In this document: positions 26,456 to 38,129 of the stretch, one piece after another | Numbering within the stretch: the stretch's first letter is position 1 | Layout of the letters: the number at the start of each line of letters is the position of its first letter | NCBI GenBank assembly: GCA_030390025.1 | Contig: CM059435.1 | Span: 22,196,001-22,260,000 of the forward strand | Direction of reading: 5' to 3' | Source of the DNA: Squalus acanthias | Lineage: Eukaryota | Length of the DNA: 64,000 nt | Made by a program: the position numbers and the translations under genes | The notes under the pieces: model-generated | Told to the model about the DNA's origin: nothing | The model's database searches: none | The model's input: only the letters and a program-made list of their open reading frames with translations

Positions 26456-27596
26456 AGTCAAGTGAGAAAACTTGCAGTTATATGTGGAACATTTTTTTTT
26501 GAATAACAATAAAAGACTGTTTAATTTGCCCACTGATCACTGAAAAGAGCATTCTTCATAAACACCTTGATCCATTGATCAGAAAACTATGATTGATGGT
26601 CTTGTTGCAGTACTGGGCATAAATCTATTCAATACTATACAGATAATGAATCACTTTACAGTCAGGCATCAAACACTTGAACAGATGCTGCCTGCAACAC
26701 ATTTGAAATGACTTTTCCTTCTATTATAAATCAGTAAAATCCCCAGTAGGTGAAATATTAATCAATAAACTGGAAAGGGAAGGCAGGGGTATGCTATCAG
26801 CACAAAGTACGCCTCCATTTTTTTTAAAATAACCACACTATCTTACCTTTTTGGATATGTAACTGTATTGTAATATATTTTTCGGTTCAAAGAGACTTAT
26901 GTTTTAGTCACTGACTCTTTTCTGAAGTACTCTGTGACAGGTTACAGGAGCAACCTAGTGCTTCCCAGCACGGCTCTATGGATTTCAGTGGGAGCTAGCA
27001 ATTCAGACCAGTTTGGCGGCCAAGACAAACGATTGTGGTTTTTCCAGGGTTAAATGGGTCTGGATTGACCCCGGGTCAGTCCAAATTGCCAGCTCCCATG
27101 CACACTTGTGCCCTTGTATCCAACATGACCAACGCACCATAGTAGGGGTTCCTTAAACCTGAAAACCAGATAAACAACAGCATCTCCTTAAACCTGAGAT
27201 AAATGTTATTGATTTTTTCTTTCTTTCAGGAGCGTGATGAGTGAATGCTTTTATAAATAAAGTTCTCAGCCCATCAGTCTTTCCATCTCCTCTGTGTTCA
27301 ATAAGCATAAACAGTGCAGTTTACAACTGGCTGGTATTCTCCAAGTGGTTTTGTGTGTTACAGGTAATTGCATGCACATGATATTAAAAAGTTAGGATTT
27401 AATGAAAGAAGGGAATAGGATGGGTGACTCAATTAATTACTCAACATGTGGTTGCCAGCTATTTTCTAAAATGGGTGCTGTGGAAAGCCAACATGGCCCA
27501 CTGGTTCTATGGTGTTGGAACAGATTGCATATTGTGAAATTAACCTATACCCAAATAGTTACAAATGTAATAAAAACACCTCCTTTATTCTTTCAG

Positions 27597-27659
27597 AGCT
27601 CCCTGAAGAAGAGAACTAGTCGTGTTGCTACAAAACCAGAAAAGAAGCCCATGCCACAG
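27597..27659 (+). CDS. SOGA1: SOGA1/MTCL2 exon C (SSLKKRTSRVATKPEKKPMPQ)
   Basis: tttattctttcag acceptor, CAG|gtacag donor, 63 nt. Resembles recalled human HSLKKRGTRSLGKADKKTLVQ. Confidence 0.88.
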
Positions 27660-27896
27660 GTACAGAGGGAGTTCTGTGATTTGATAGCCGTGGCTTTTTA
27701 CAAGTTGTTGCAGTTATATAAAATCAATGTGGAAATGTTTAACCGCTCAGTAGACAAGAGACATCAACAATGCTTTGAGTGTCCTCGTTTTTGTTTGTGG
27801 ATGTGTACAAGCTCATTAGGATAGCTAGTAAGTTCATCTGTTTTAAATTCAAATGGAAGTAAAACGGCAGCGAAAACCCCTGCAGAATAAAGTAAT

Positions 27897-28543
27897 GGGG
27901 GGAATTTTAACCTAAAAAAAACAGGTGGGTTTGGGTCGGGTGGGAAGTTAAAGTGTTATAAGTCTGAATCCCGACCAGAACCCCCCTCCAACCCGCCCAC
28001 CTCCGGTTTTAACGGAGGCAGGACAAGGGGCGGGCAGCCTACCCACTCCCAGGAGGCGGGTCTACCATTTAAATATTATAATTAGGCTGGCATGCCTCAG
28101 ATTTAACCTTCATTTTAAATTTGACTCTGGCTGGTCGGGTTTTGCAGGCCTCATGGAAACCCTGATCGTTCCGCTCTGGTCCCCGATTGTTGCTGCCCCT
28201 ACTCCTCCGCCCCCGATCGTTCTGCTCTGGCCCCTGATCGTTCCCGAACACCCCGCTCCTCCGGCCCCTGGTTGTTCCGCATCAGAACCACAATCGTTCC
28301 CGACACGCCCCCGCCCCCCTTCGCTTCTCTGGCCAGCCCCCGGGGCCCCCATGCGATCCCTCCCTTCTTCCTCTCTGCGGCCTCTCAATCTGGCTGGCTG
28401 TGGGTGGGAAATAGAGGTTTCCCGTGCAAATCAGACTCTGCCGTTAAATTCGGCACGGCCTGCGGGAAACCCGTTGTCCCGGGTTTCCCGACCGCTTCCG
28501 AGCCCCCCTGCTCCCAACCTGCCTCCCCGTTAAAATTCAGCCC
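27897..28543. mobile_element. MITE with internal ~20-bp ccccgatcgtt subrepeats
   Basis: TIR ggggggaattttaac / gttaaaattcagccc, flanked by AAT on both sides (27894-27896, 28544-28546). Confidence 0.75.
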
Positions 28544-29328
28544 AATGTAACAGAAGTGTAATTGGAACGGTTATCTGAGGTATTTTCTTCAATGGCAGGT
28601 TGCTATTTCATGGAGCTATAAGTGTCATTATCATCCTGGTAAAGTGACTGTTTTCAAACTGAAATGCACAGACATGATTAGGCATAGCACTCATGTCCAT
28701 ATTTGGAAATATTCTTATGAATACCGCATTACAAAGATTTTCACGACAAGTATTACAGCTGTTGCTGCAGTTCAAAACTTGCTGATGGCCAGTCAGACCG
28801 CTCCAAAGGAGCGGTTTCTGGACTAGCAAGCTGCTTGAAAACTTCCTTAAAATACAACCATGGCCCTTTGACAACTGTCTGTACCTCATTAAGATTCCCA
28901 AATCATCTAGTTACAGAACCGCATTGGTGGCAACATAGGTAATCTGTCCATCCTATTAGTGGGAGATGATAATTGGTGTAGGGAGACCCAAGAAAGTGCC
29001 AGGGGTCTTTTGGAAAAGAAATCATGCCTTCAAATTTAAAAAGGAGTCATTTCTCACATTAGAACGTCAGACGTTATACTAGCTGGCAGTGCTTTCAGCC
29101 TCCTCCGTTAGATTTAGCATGTTAAAACAAGCCCATGATCCTTGGATTACAGCTTAGTGTTCCTTGGATACATGATTACACAGATTCATTTTTTATCCTT
29201 TTAAGAATACTGCAGCTAAGGTTTTGCACAATGCTCCTTTTGTGTTTTCATTTATGAGGGTGACACTCCCTCTGTTATTTTCTTCCTTTCCCCAGTTCTA
29301 TTTCTCCTGCCATTGCTGGTTTGAAACC

Positions 29329-29417
29329 AAAATGAGAAGTCGCACAACACCAGGTTATAGTCCAACAGATTTATTTAAAATTACAAGCTTTCGGAGCTGT
29401 TGCCCCTTCGTCAGGTA
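29329..29417 (-). mobile_element. Penelope-like pLTR fragment (family 2) with hammerhead core
   Basis: Matches the 22845-22925 arm. Minus strand reads cCTGACGAaggggcaacagctccGAAAgcttg. Confidence 0.7.
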
Positions 29418-29782
29418 GAGTTACAATGAGGGAATCTACAATATTTCACAGTATATAAACACCGAAAGCAATTTGTCTGCAGAGATACAATCTTTCAGGG
29501 AGGCCTTACATCAAAGGCACACCAGAGCACAGCCAAGACAATGAGATGGGTTACAGGGGGTCCAACGTGTCAAATCCTGCTGTCTGCAGTTGAGCTTTTA
29601 ACTTTTTTTTTGGTGTGTGTTTTTCTTTTAAAAACTGGAAAGACAGACAACGATGTCGAGTCACTTTCTGTAGTTGAAACCAGCCAGTAGAACGTGCAGA
29701 ACAGTGTCCAGGGAATGATTCACCCTCTGATTCATTCCCCTCCTCCCTGCCAGTTGACCAGAAAGCACCTGGCCTGCACTTA

Positions 29783-30110
29783 GAACATAAGAACATAAGA
29801 AATAGGAGCAGGAGTAGGCCAATTGGCCCCTCGAGCCTGCTCCGCCATTCAATAAGATCATGGCTGATCTGATCCTAACCGCCAATCTACTATCACAGAA
29901 CCAGCTCCTGAACCTAACAGAATTGGACACACGAAATAGGAGCAGGATCAGGCTACACGGCCCCTGGGCCCGCTACGCTACCCACCGGGCCATGACCGAT
30001 CCGAACCTAGACTCATGTCCAAATTCCTGCCCGCTCCCCATAACCCTTAATTCCCTTTACTTCTAGGAAACTGTCTATTTCTGTTTTAAATTTATGTAAT
30101 GATGTAGCTA
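29783..30110 (-). mobile_element. CR1 LINE 3' end with duplicated 3' stem-loop unit
   Basis: (agaacata)2 tail followed by aaataggagcaggagtaggcc. A second, diverged aaataggagcagga unit starts at ~29934. Confidence 0.75.
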
Positions 30111-30326
30111 ACTTATTTGATAATAGCAGGAAAATGCAAAATAAGGATGGCAGCGGTGCATTTCATGTTGCAACGTTGCTCGACGTAGCATGTTGCTGCT
30201 CTTGTGTGCCATCAAACTTTTTTTGCAATTTAAATAGTAGAGTGTGACAACATATTCTGAACTACTGTTCTTTAGCATCCTTCGTGAATATGTACATTTA
30301 TATTCATTCTTTTAAATTCAAAATAG

Positions 30327-31613
30327 GAGGATAGTGCCGATCTGAAATGCCAGCTCCATTTTGCTAAAGAGGAAGCCGCTGTGATGTGCAAAAAGCTGAC
30401 CAAGTTAGTAAAGGAGAATGAAACCATGAGAGAGGAGCTGGTGAAATACAGCTCTCTTTATGGTGATTTGGACAATGCAGTGTCTATTGGTGAAATTGGA
30501 GAGTCTCCTCATGTAAGAGAAGCTGAGCTAAAATTGCACCTAAAGCTGGTAGAGGAGGAAGCCAACATTCTGAGCAGAAGGACAGTGGAACTGGAGGTTG
30601 AAAACCGTGGCCTAAAAGCTGAAATGGATGATCTGAAAGGTCACTGTGAGAAAGAACCCTCAAGCCAGGATATTAGACTGGGAATTACCAGCACAAGCTA
30701 TGGCGAGTTTGGGGAGAATGTTGGGGAACTCCGGCGTCACCTTCAGTTTGTAGAAGAGGAGGCAGAGCTTCTAAGGCGATCCTTAATTGAGTTAGAGGAC
30801 CAAAATAAGCACCTCATGAATGAACTAAATAGATACAAATCTGAGTCCAATCAGGAGTCAACATGGTCAGATAGTTGTCCATCATTAACCGAGCCTTCCC
30901 AGGAAGAGCTCATGGCAGCAAGACTCCAAATCAGTGACCTCAATGGGAAAGTCAAGAAGCTGGAATATGAGAACCGTGTGCTCGTTTCAAACCTTCAGCG
31001 TTATGACTTGGCATCCTACCAGTGCCAAAAATGCTGCAGAGAGCTTGATACCGAGGTTAGCGACTCTGCAGATATCTCTTCACCACAGCCCAGGAGAGAA
31101 GTACCAGTTGGAGGTGAAAATGATTCGAAGGAAACCCAAGAGAGAACCTCTGGAAGTGGGAGCAGCAGAACTGCTGATAACGATGATACTGCTAGGTTGT
31201 TGGGAACAAAAGACCTTGAAATTCTGTTCAGCATTAAAGAGCAAGCCGAACTTGTTAGTGAAGTCATTGACCTCTTAATTTCAGACACAAGTGGCTTAAT
31301 TTCTGATGCCAAGCTTTGTTCAACCATCGATTTGCCAAAGCAGTCCCTCAATGAAAGTAATGATGAAGCTGCAAATGTCAATGATCCTAATTTAATGAGC
31401 ACCATTAATTCAAAGCTTCTTGGCTTAAAGACCGAGCTAGCTTCTGTTACTGAGAAAATTGATCTCCTTGGTGAAAGCATCAGAGAAGAAAGCAGGAGCT
31501 TGTCCCCTTTACCCCATTTAACAGAGTCAGCGAGCTTCTTGTCCACTATGACATCAATGTCTCAGGACTTACCCATGGATTCTGTAGGAAAAGAATTTGC
31601 AGCCGATTTAAAG
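30327..31613 (+). CDS. SOGA1: SOGA1/MTCL2 large coiled-coil exon D (EDSADLKCQLHFAKEE...FAADLK)
   Basis: aaatag|GAG acceptor, AAG|gtaaga donor, 1287 nt in frame with ORF 30381..31694. SOGA coiled-coil motifs LKLVEEEANILSR and LRRHLQFVEEEAELLRRS. Confidence 0.95.
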
Positions 31614-33299
31614 GTAAGAGAATCTTTTTTCCTTGCCGTTATCCTTCTTACTCCCTGTGACAACATCCTGGTTTGTCATGCTACACAGTTGTAGTAACAA
31701 AATAATAAGAGTCTTCTAAAACTAATCCTCAATTTAAATTTTAGTAACATTAACAACAGAAAACCTAACAACTCATTGCATGCAACAAACACCTTATATC
31801 AGCATAGAGCTTTGTACCAATGAAGTGTGCATGGTACAAGAAAATGATGCATGTGTACGAACGGGAAAGACATACATTTCTAGTGGCCTGCCAGGAATTG
31901 TCAGTAACATTTTGACAGATGTAATAATTGTAGTTAGTAAAATTAAATTTGAGGTCTAATGTTACTGTTGTTGAATTAAAGATTGTTTTTAGGATTAGAG
32001 CTATTGCTTTAGATGGTTATTTCTTTGAGTTACCAGCAGCTTGATATCAAATGGATTGATCTCGGTGCTCTGAACCTTGTTGCTGTAAAGTTCAATGCAA
32101 GTTTCTTGCTCGTAGAATGTGCTAGGGTCATTTTACAAGTTTCTGCTCATGTTGCAAAGTTCCGCACAACGGGAGTGCAGATCAGGAATTTGGGCGCATT
32201 GTCCTCCGTGTCCAAATTCCTGATGCACACTCCCACCAGGTAAAGCTCAAACAGGACTGCAGACTTGTAAATGACCTCCTGTGTTTGTACATCAGAACCT
32301 GAATTCCCTTGATGTGAATCACGTTTATTTCATACCTATGCACATCCTGCATTTAAGTTTGTGTTTTCATAAATTGGGTCCTGAAGCTTCCCTATCAACC
32401 ATGAAAATAGGAAGTGGGAGCACTGACCAGTGCGTAATACTGTACCTGACATGGGATTAGGAATTGTGTTTCAGTCAGCACTTGTTTTTTTTAAGCTCAG
32501 AGGCCAAATTTGACTCTTTAAATGTATTTTTCAGAAAATCGTGTGTTTCTTGTGCAAATAAAGATGATTTTTTTACATTATCAATTTGGCAAAAAAAATT
32601 TAAATGTTATTTTTGTTTCATGAACCAAGACATTCTTGGTTATTGAAAATAAGTACACGCATTCTTTGTGTTTTTTTCTTTCTTGCCCTATCGAAAGGCT
32701 GCAACTAGAATTCTCAGGTTCTACCCAGCCAAGTCCTGGCACAATAAAAAGCATATGAGTTACAATTAGCTGAAATATAAACAGACCCTATGGAAGCAGA
32801 GAATTAATTTTGGCGACCCCGATCTGATTCTTTTGCACTGGTCAGTAGAGTGGAATGCAAAGTCCCAGAACATTACTCATATTTCATAATTGACAAACTA
32901 GGACAGTAAGGGAAACTAGGCAACATTTTTAATTGTACTCCATAGAAATGAAATGGTTAAGTTGTACAGAATAACCAGTTAAGACATGCATATGTCACTA
33001 TACATAAAAAGGCAGTGTCCAGCTCAAGTGGAAGTGTAGTGTCTCCACCATTGAGATTAATTAACTCAGCACAGACCAGGGGTCCTACTTTTTTTTTTAA
33101 AGATGCACTTTATTTGATGTGTTTTCCTAAGAGCCATGGTACTCAAAACCTAAACTGCACATTAATGATATTACCTCTGTACACATATTGTACACTTATT
33201 CTGCCTCAACCTTGCTCTTTGAAAGACCTCCTTTCTCTTCAAAACTTCAAATTTTGAAAGTGTCCTAAAGTGAAATTTAGGAACATTACAGAAAAGTTT

Positions 33300-33685
33300 A
33301 GTGTCGCAGCAGGTTTACTCTGAATGAGACAGAGTAGAAAGGTCCAAGTTTCAGTCCATGGTCTGTGTGAGTTAGCTGAATTTAGCTAGCACTATGGTGA
33401 GGCACCATGATTGGTTAAGGATGGCAAATCACCTATGGTTCGTGCTCTTGGTCACTATCTAGTGGCCTGTGCTGGAAGTCCACACGTGCAGATGTTGGGT
33501 GAGGACAAAATCGGGCTGGGCTGTGGTCACCCCCATGTTCAAATAGCCTGACTTAACATTGACAGTCAAGACCCACACATGAATAATAGTCATTTGAACA
33601 AAGTAGTTGAGGGTGAATGGCACCCATGTAATTGTATCACAGCAAAGAGTCAGTACCTTCAGGAGAGCACAGAAGAATCCGGGTA
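33300..33685 (+). mobile_element. Ancient SINE, near full length (AmnSINE2-like, name from memory)
   Basis: ggtctgtgtgagttagctga...gggtgaggacaaaatcgggctgggctgtg...cacacatgaataat...ccttcaggagag, repeated at 36340 and 43535. Confidence 0.6.
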
Positions 33686-34652
33686 GAGATAAAGGGAGTT
33701 TTAAATAACATTTTTGATTTTAGTGAAGAAATGCTAAAATCAACTAAAGTACAAACTTGGGCACAAAATATCTTAATGCATCAATGTATTCCTCCTGCAA
33801 TCATTGCGTGACCAAAATGTACATTGGCTTCCAAAAATCAGTAAAACAAAAGAGCTGAGGTTACAGCTGTTTTAATCATTACAGCTCTCTTTTATGGTCA
33901 TTTAGATTTTAACCATTAAAATAAAAAAAAAAGTTGAGACTAGCAGATGCTTTTAATGGGATTTGCAGTCAACTTCTTTTAATTCAAAGTCACTTAATTC
34001 AAATCTGATAATTCCGGTTTTTAACATTAAATTCCCGCTGTGTTATTTATGTTGCTTAATTCAAATGTTTGGATAATTCAAATTTTTAGCACAAAGCGCT
34101 TGACTGCATCTTACCAAGGTTTCTGTACTCTCTACAATGAGACTTCATTAAGAGCAAATGGAACACTTCTTGCAATGGGATATTTGTGTTAATTGGGTTT
34201 GTTATCACACAAGTAGTGTAAGCTGGATGTTGGCTATTTGCTTATTAGTCTGATGCTTTTGTAGTTTCGTCGATTTGGGTTCGCGACTTTTTATTGCTTC
34301 CGAGAATGTTTCCTAGAAGTGCATGCACACCCTTGATTGAATCAGAGCTCTATTGCCTGCATGTTGCTAGTTTAATCCCTGCATCATTCACTGCATGTGC
34401 ACCGTAACTGGTGTTTGCACACTTTTTTTCTTCTCTTTTCTCTTTTTTTCAAACAAATCAGCCCATAATTTTGCTCATTGTCTTTTTAATTTTGTTTACA
34501 ACACTCTCACATGCCACTGTAATAAAGATGTTTTTCCTTTTCATACTTTTCTTTGTCTTGTAGTTTTTTCAATGTTTACTATACCCAGTTTTTGTTTCTT
34601 TGTTCCTTCCCTATCCTTTGTTTTGTTTTCATTAACTTGCCCATGCATGCAG

Positions 34653-34805
34653 CAGCCTGAATTTAGGGATCAAGTGGACTGGCAGCAAGATGGGAGCCAT
34701 ACGCCGGAGATCTGTGCAACCACTGCTGACAGCGAGGAGTACCGGGAAAACGCCAAGGAGTATAACATCTACAGCTGTGAGGAAAGTAACTCCTACGCTA
34801 CAGAG
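34653..34805 (+). CDS. SOGA1: SOGA1/MTCL2 exon E (QPEFRDQVDW...SYATE)
   Basis: Long pyrimidine tract, CAGCAG tandem acceptor (start 34653 or 34656), GAG|gtaaat donor, 153 nt. Resembles PPDFRD...SYASE. Confidence 0.85.
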
Positions 34806-36339
34806 GTAAATTTATAACATCATCTATGTCTATAATAATATTACTAGTTAATAATAGAAAATATGGAATAACTTTTCTCAGCATCCATCATCGGTAGTGC
34901 AAATATATGAAAAGAAAATCTCCCATGGAGCTACTCGTGGTAAGTGAGAGGATGCATTATTTTATAAGGAATAGTATACCATATAACACACAATATATTC
35001 TTCTCAAAGTGTAAGTGTGTGTGTGTTTTAAGGTTAAAAAGTGTAATTCCTGGTAAGTAAAACTAGGTGAATTCCTACAGTGATTAATTGCGAGACTGCA
35101 GACATTCTGGTTCTGGTATTTTTTGTTCCTGATAAGTTATATTGAAGCGAAGCACAGATATTTGAGTAACAATTGAAATGTGACGGAAGTGTAATGGATC
35201 ACTTTTGTAATAGTATTAGTGAATCTATTGTGGCACATCTCAAAGTAAGTCGGAGATTTACTGTTTTATGAGGACAGAACCATTTACCATGTAAAATAGA
35301 ATTAAGGTGCATGTCATTTTAAGTCTAAAAGGTGTAATTGCTCTTGAAATGAATGGTGGGTTCACATTCGAGTTCTGGTTACAGATGAGAAACCGAGGTT
35401 TGTTTGATTGACGGGTTAATTAATAAATTGAGACAGTGTGGAAATAGTATGTTCTGTGATGAAAGGAAGCTGACACAAATAGCATTTTCACATTGCTTTG
35501 CAACAGTGAGAAAGAAAGCAAAGTTCAAGAGGCAGAAACTGTAAATGATCCTAATTGCAAGAATCATTGTTTTAAAATAAGTTTAAACTTTCCTGCATTT
35601 ACACCTAATTTGGGGGAGCTTGTGGTTTTGAATGTGTTTTAACTTACTTCTCCCAAGGTTGACTGCTGTTCTCTGGGGAACTGGGAGTGAGGGTTGGGGG
35701 TCAATCAATGTGACGCAAAACAGTTGTGGTACAGTAAATTTGCCTAGGTTAGAATACATTTTCCTGTGATTTTAGTGACACAGTAGCATTACACAAGTGT
35801 TACAGAAGGTGTACACTATATGCAATAGCGTGCACTATAGGCAAGACTTTTAATGTATTACATAGACACAGACAGATAGATGTAAGGTTTGAAGAGTCCA
35901 CACTTTGTTACAGATGCAAAACAATCTTTTTATAAGAGAGAAGTAAAGCCAGTTATTTTTGCTGTTCTTTCTGACACTGAGCATGAACCAAGAATTTATA
36001 ATCAGCTGTCAATTTCCAGAGAAATAATCATCCTCTAGTTGACCATAGGATGCTATGTAAGCAGAATTACCCTCTAAGACCATCTTAAGTGAATTAAAGG
36101 GATCGGTAGGTTAGCACTAAATGTCACAATCATCCACCAGTTTCCACACCATTCACGAGCACTGTCATGGGAGATCAGCTAGTATATTATATTCCTGGAA
36201 TAGGGAATTGTAAGCATTGCAGAGTTTTGAAATTTCAGGTGATTGCTGTAGCATTCAGCAATGATCAGTTTCCTATGCTGTTGAATAAAACTTTTTGTTA
36301 AAACGGAAATGTATAGAAGGATCCTCACCTTTCAGGAAT

Positions 36340-36660
36340 ATCACAGTGCCATTCAGACTTGTTAGATCCCAGTTTCATGCTCTGGTTGTGCTGGATCTCA
36401 TGTAGAGAAGCACTGGCAATGTTACAGTTAGCCTCACTGTCCCAGGAAAAGGGAAGGAATAAAACTAGCCAGTCCTGATTACTATACAGTGACTCACAGT
36501 GGGCATGGTAGAACCGTGCTAACCTGTGATACCACTCATAGTTGAATAGCCTCATGTATGAAAAATAGCCACTTGGGCAAGGATCTGGAGGGCTGTCAGT
36601 GACCATCGAACTATACCCATCATGAATCACCTCCTTCAGAAGAGAAGTGAAAATTCGGAG
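36340..36660 (+). mobile_element. Ancient SINE copy (same family as 33300)
   Basis: gccacttgggcaaggatctggagggctg...ccttcagaagag motifs. Confidence 0.55.
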
Positions 36661-37008
36661 GATGAAATCATAGGTGTGATGTATGGTGATTGCATGTCAT
36701 GGCTGTGAGGATAGATTTCCCAGTTGCTGGTCCTGAGGCAGTAGGACCAGATTGCAGCAAGCTTGCACTCACCAGTTTGTGTAAAGGCGGACCTCGCGCA
36801 ATCTTCTGAGGCTGTCCTAATTAAATACTTATAATGAGTACCCAGTGCGGATTGAGCCTGGTGTTGGAAGCTCAGGCAGCAGGATTTCCTGCCCAACAGT
36901 AGTTCTTAAAGGGCTGCTGCTGCTGTTAAAAGGGCAGATTATTTTCTTCTGGGCAGCCACAAAATCTGTTGCAGCAAATCTTGGTATTTTATTCAGTTTC
37001 ATGGAGGA

Positions 37009-37211
37009 AAGAAAGGAAAAGGACTGTCCCGTTCTTGGATGCGGCACTGGAGGTGCTGCTGGAGCAAGGGAAGGAAAGGAGTTTTGCCATGTTTGCCCAT
37101 CGTCCATTGCATGAGAGGAGCTGGCCGAAAGGGTGAATGTGGTCTCCAAACATCCACAAGAGCGGGGAACAGATGAGGAATAAGTTTGGCAGCCTCAGGA
37201 AAAGCACCAAG
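37009..37211 (+). pseudogene. Degenerate Myb/SANT-like DNA-binding gene exon of a PIF/Harbinger transposon
   Basis: Across frameshifts reads RKRTVPFLDAALEVLLEQ...*EELAERVNVVS...KSGEQMRNKFGSLRKSTK then AAG|gtaag, a Myb/SANT (MADF-like) pattern. Confidence 0.7.
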
Positions 37212-38129
37212 GTAAGACTACCCAGCATATATTTAGACAAAGTAAACAGGCAAAGTATGTATGCTACAAAGAGCTTCCTCTCAGCATGTCCCCGCTTGAC
37301 TAAGACTGCACGCAAAGCATTCCAACAATCCTAAAGTTCTTTCACAGATTCATATGCATGCTCATAATGCTGTAAGGCAAATTTTGTAACTACTATTGTG
37401 AAAACTGGAACTATTGTTAATCTTGTATCTGTAAAGTTCTAGCCCAAAGCAAGCTTCCAACAAAAGTTAGGTGCTTAATGCATATTTGTTGACTCACATA
37501 CGAGTGGGGATGGGAGATTGGGTGGCAGGTATTCAATGTCTGTCTTCTTCAAACCTCTAAATCTCAACACTATTTATCTACTTACAGGACAAGGCTTCAC
37601 ATTAACAAGAGGGAATAAATTTATACAGGAGGAAGGCCCACAACTTCACGCCCTTGAACAGATTTGCGAAGGCCATTCTACAAGTCCTGGGACCAGAAGC
37701 CATAGACAATATGAGGGTGGCCTCCCCCAAGCTCAGAGCTGGCATATTCCTGTTCCTGTTCTTTCTCCCCTTAGTTACTCGCTGTCACGCAGTCACATTC
37801 TGCAACACAACACACAAGGTAGTCATTCTTGTTGGTTATGCCCAATTAACAGATGTGAAGTGGATGCAAGTGTTGGAAAACTGGGTGGAGATACATTAGA
37901 CCAGAATTCCATCCATTTAGCACATCAACTAATTTTGCAAATGGGCTGAAACCTAGCAGCAAGCCAGCTCATTTACTCCTCCCACTGGGATCATTCACTT
38001 ATCAAGTATGTCGTCTGATGGAGCCTGTCTTATGACTCTTCCTGGCTGCAGCTGATCTTTGGACTTGGGCTAGGTGGCCTGTTTTGCCACTGGTTGCAGC
38101 CGAGGCGCTTGTCTACTTGTTCCACGGGA

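Noticed and set aside
28160-28350. Short ccccgatcgtt-type repeats with variable spacers, superficially CRISPR-like
   Set aside because: Degenerate subrepeats inside a eukaryotic MITE, with no constant repeat/spacer lengths and no cas genes.
31016-31546. 176-aa antisense ORF (also 60133..60681, 182 aa, and other ORFs overlapping exons)
   Set aside because: Shadow frames opposite real exons, with no recognisable domain or independent gene structure.
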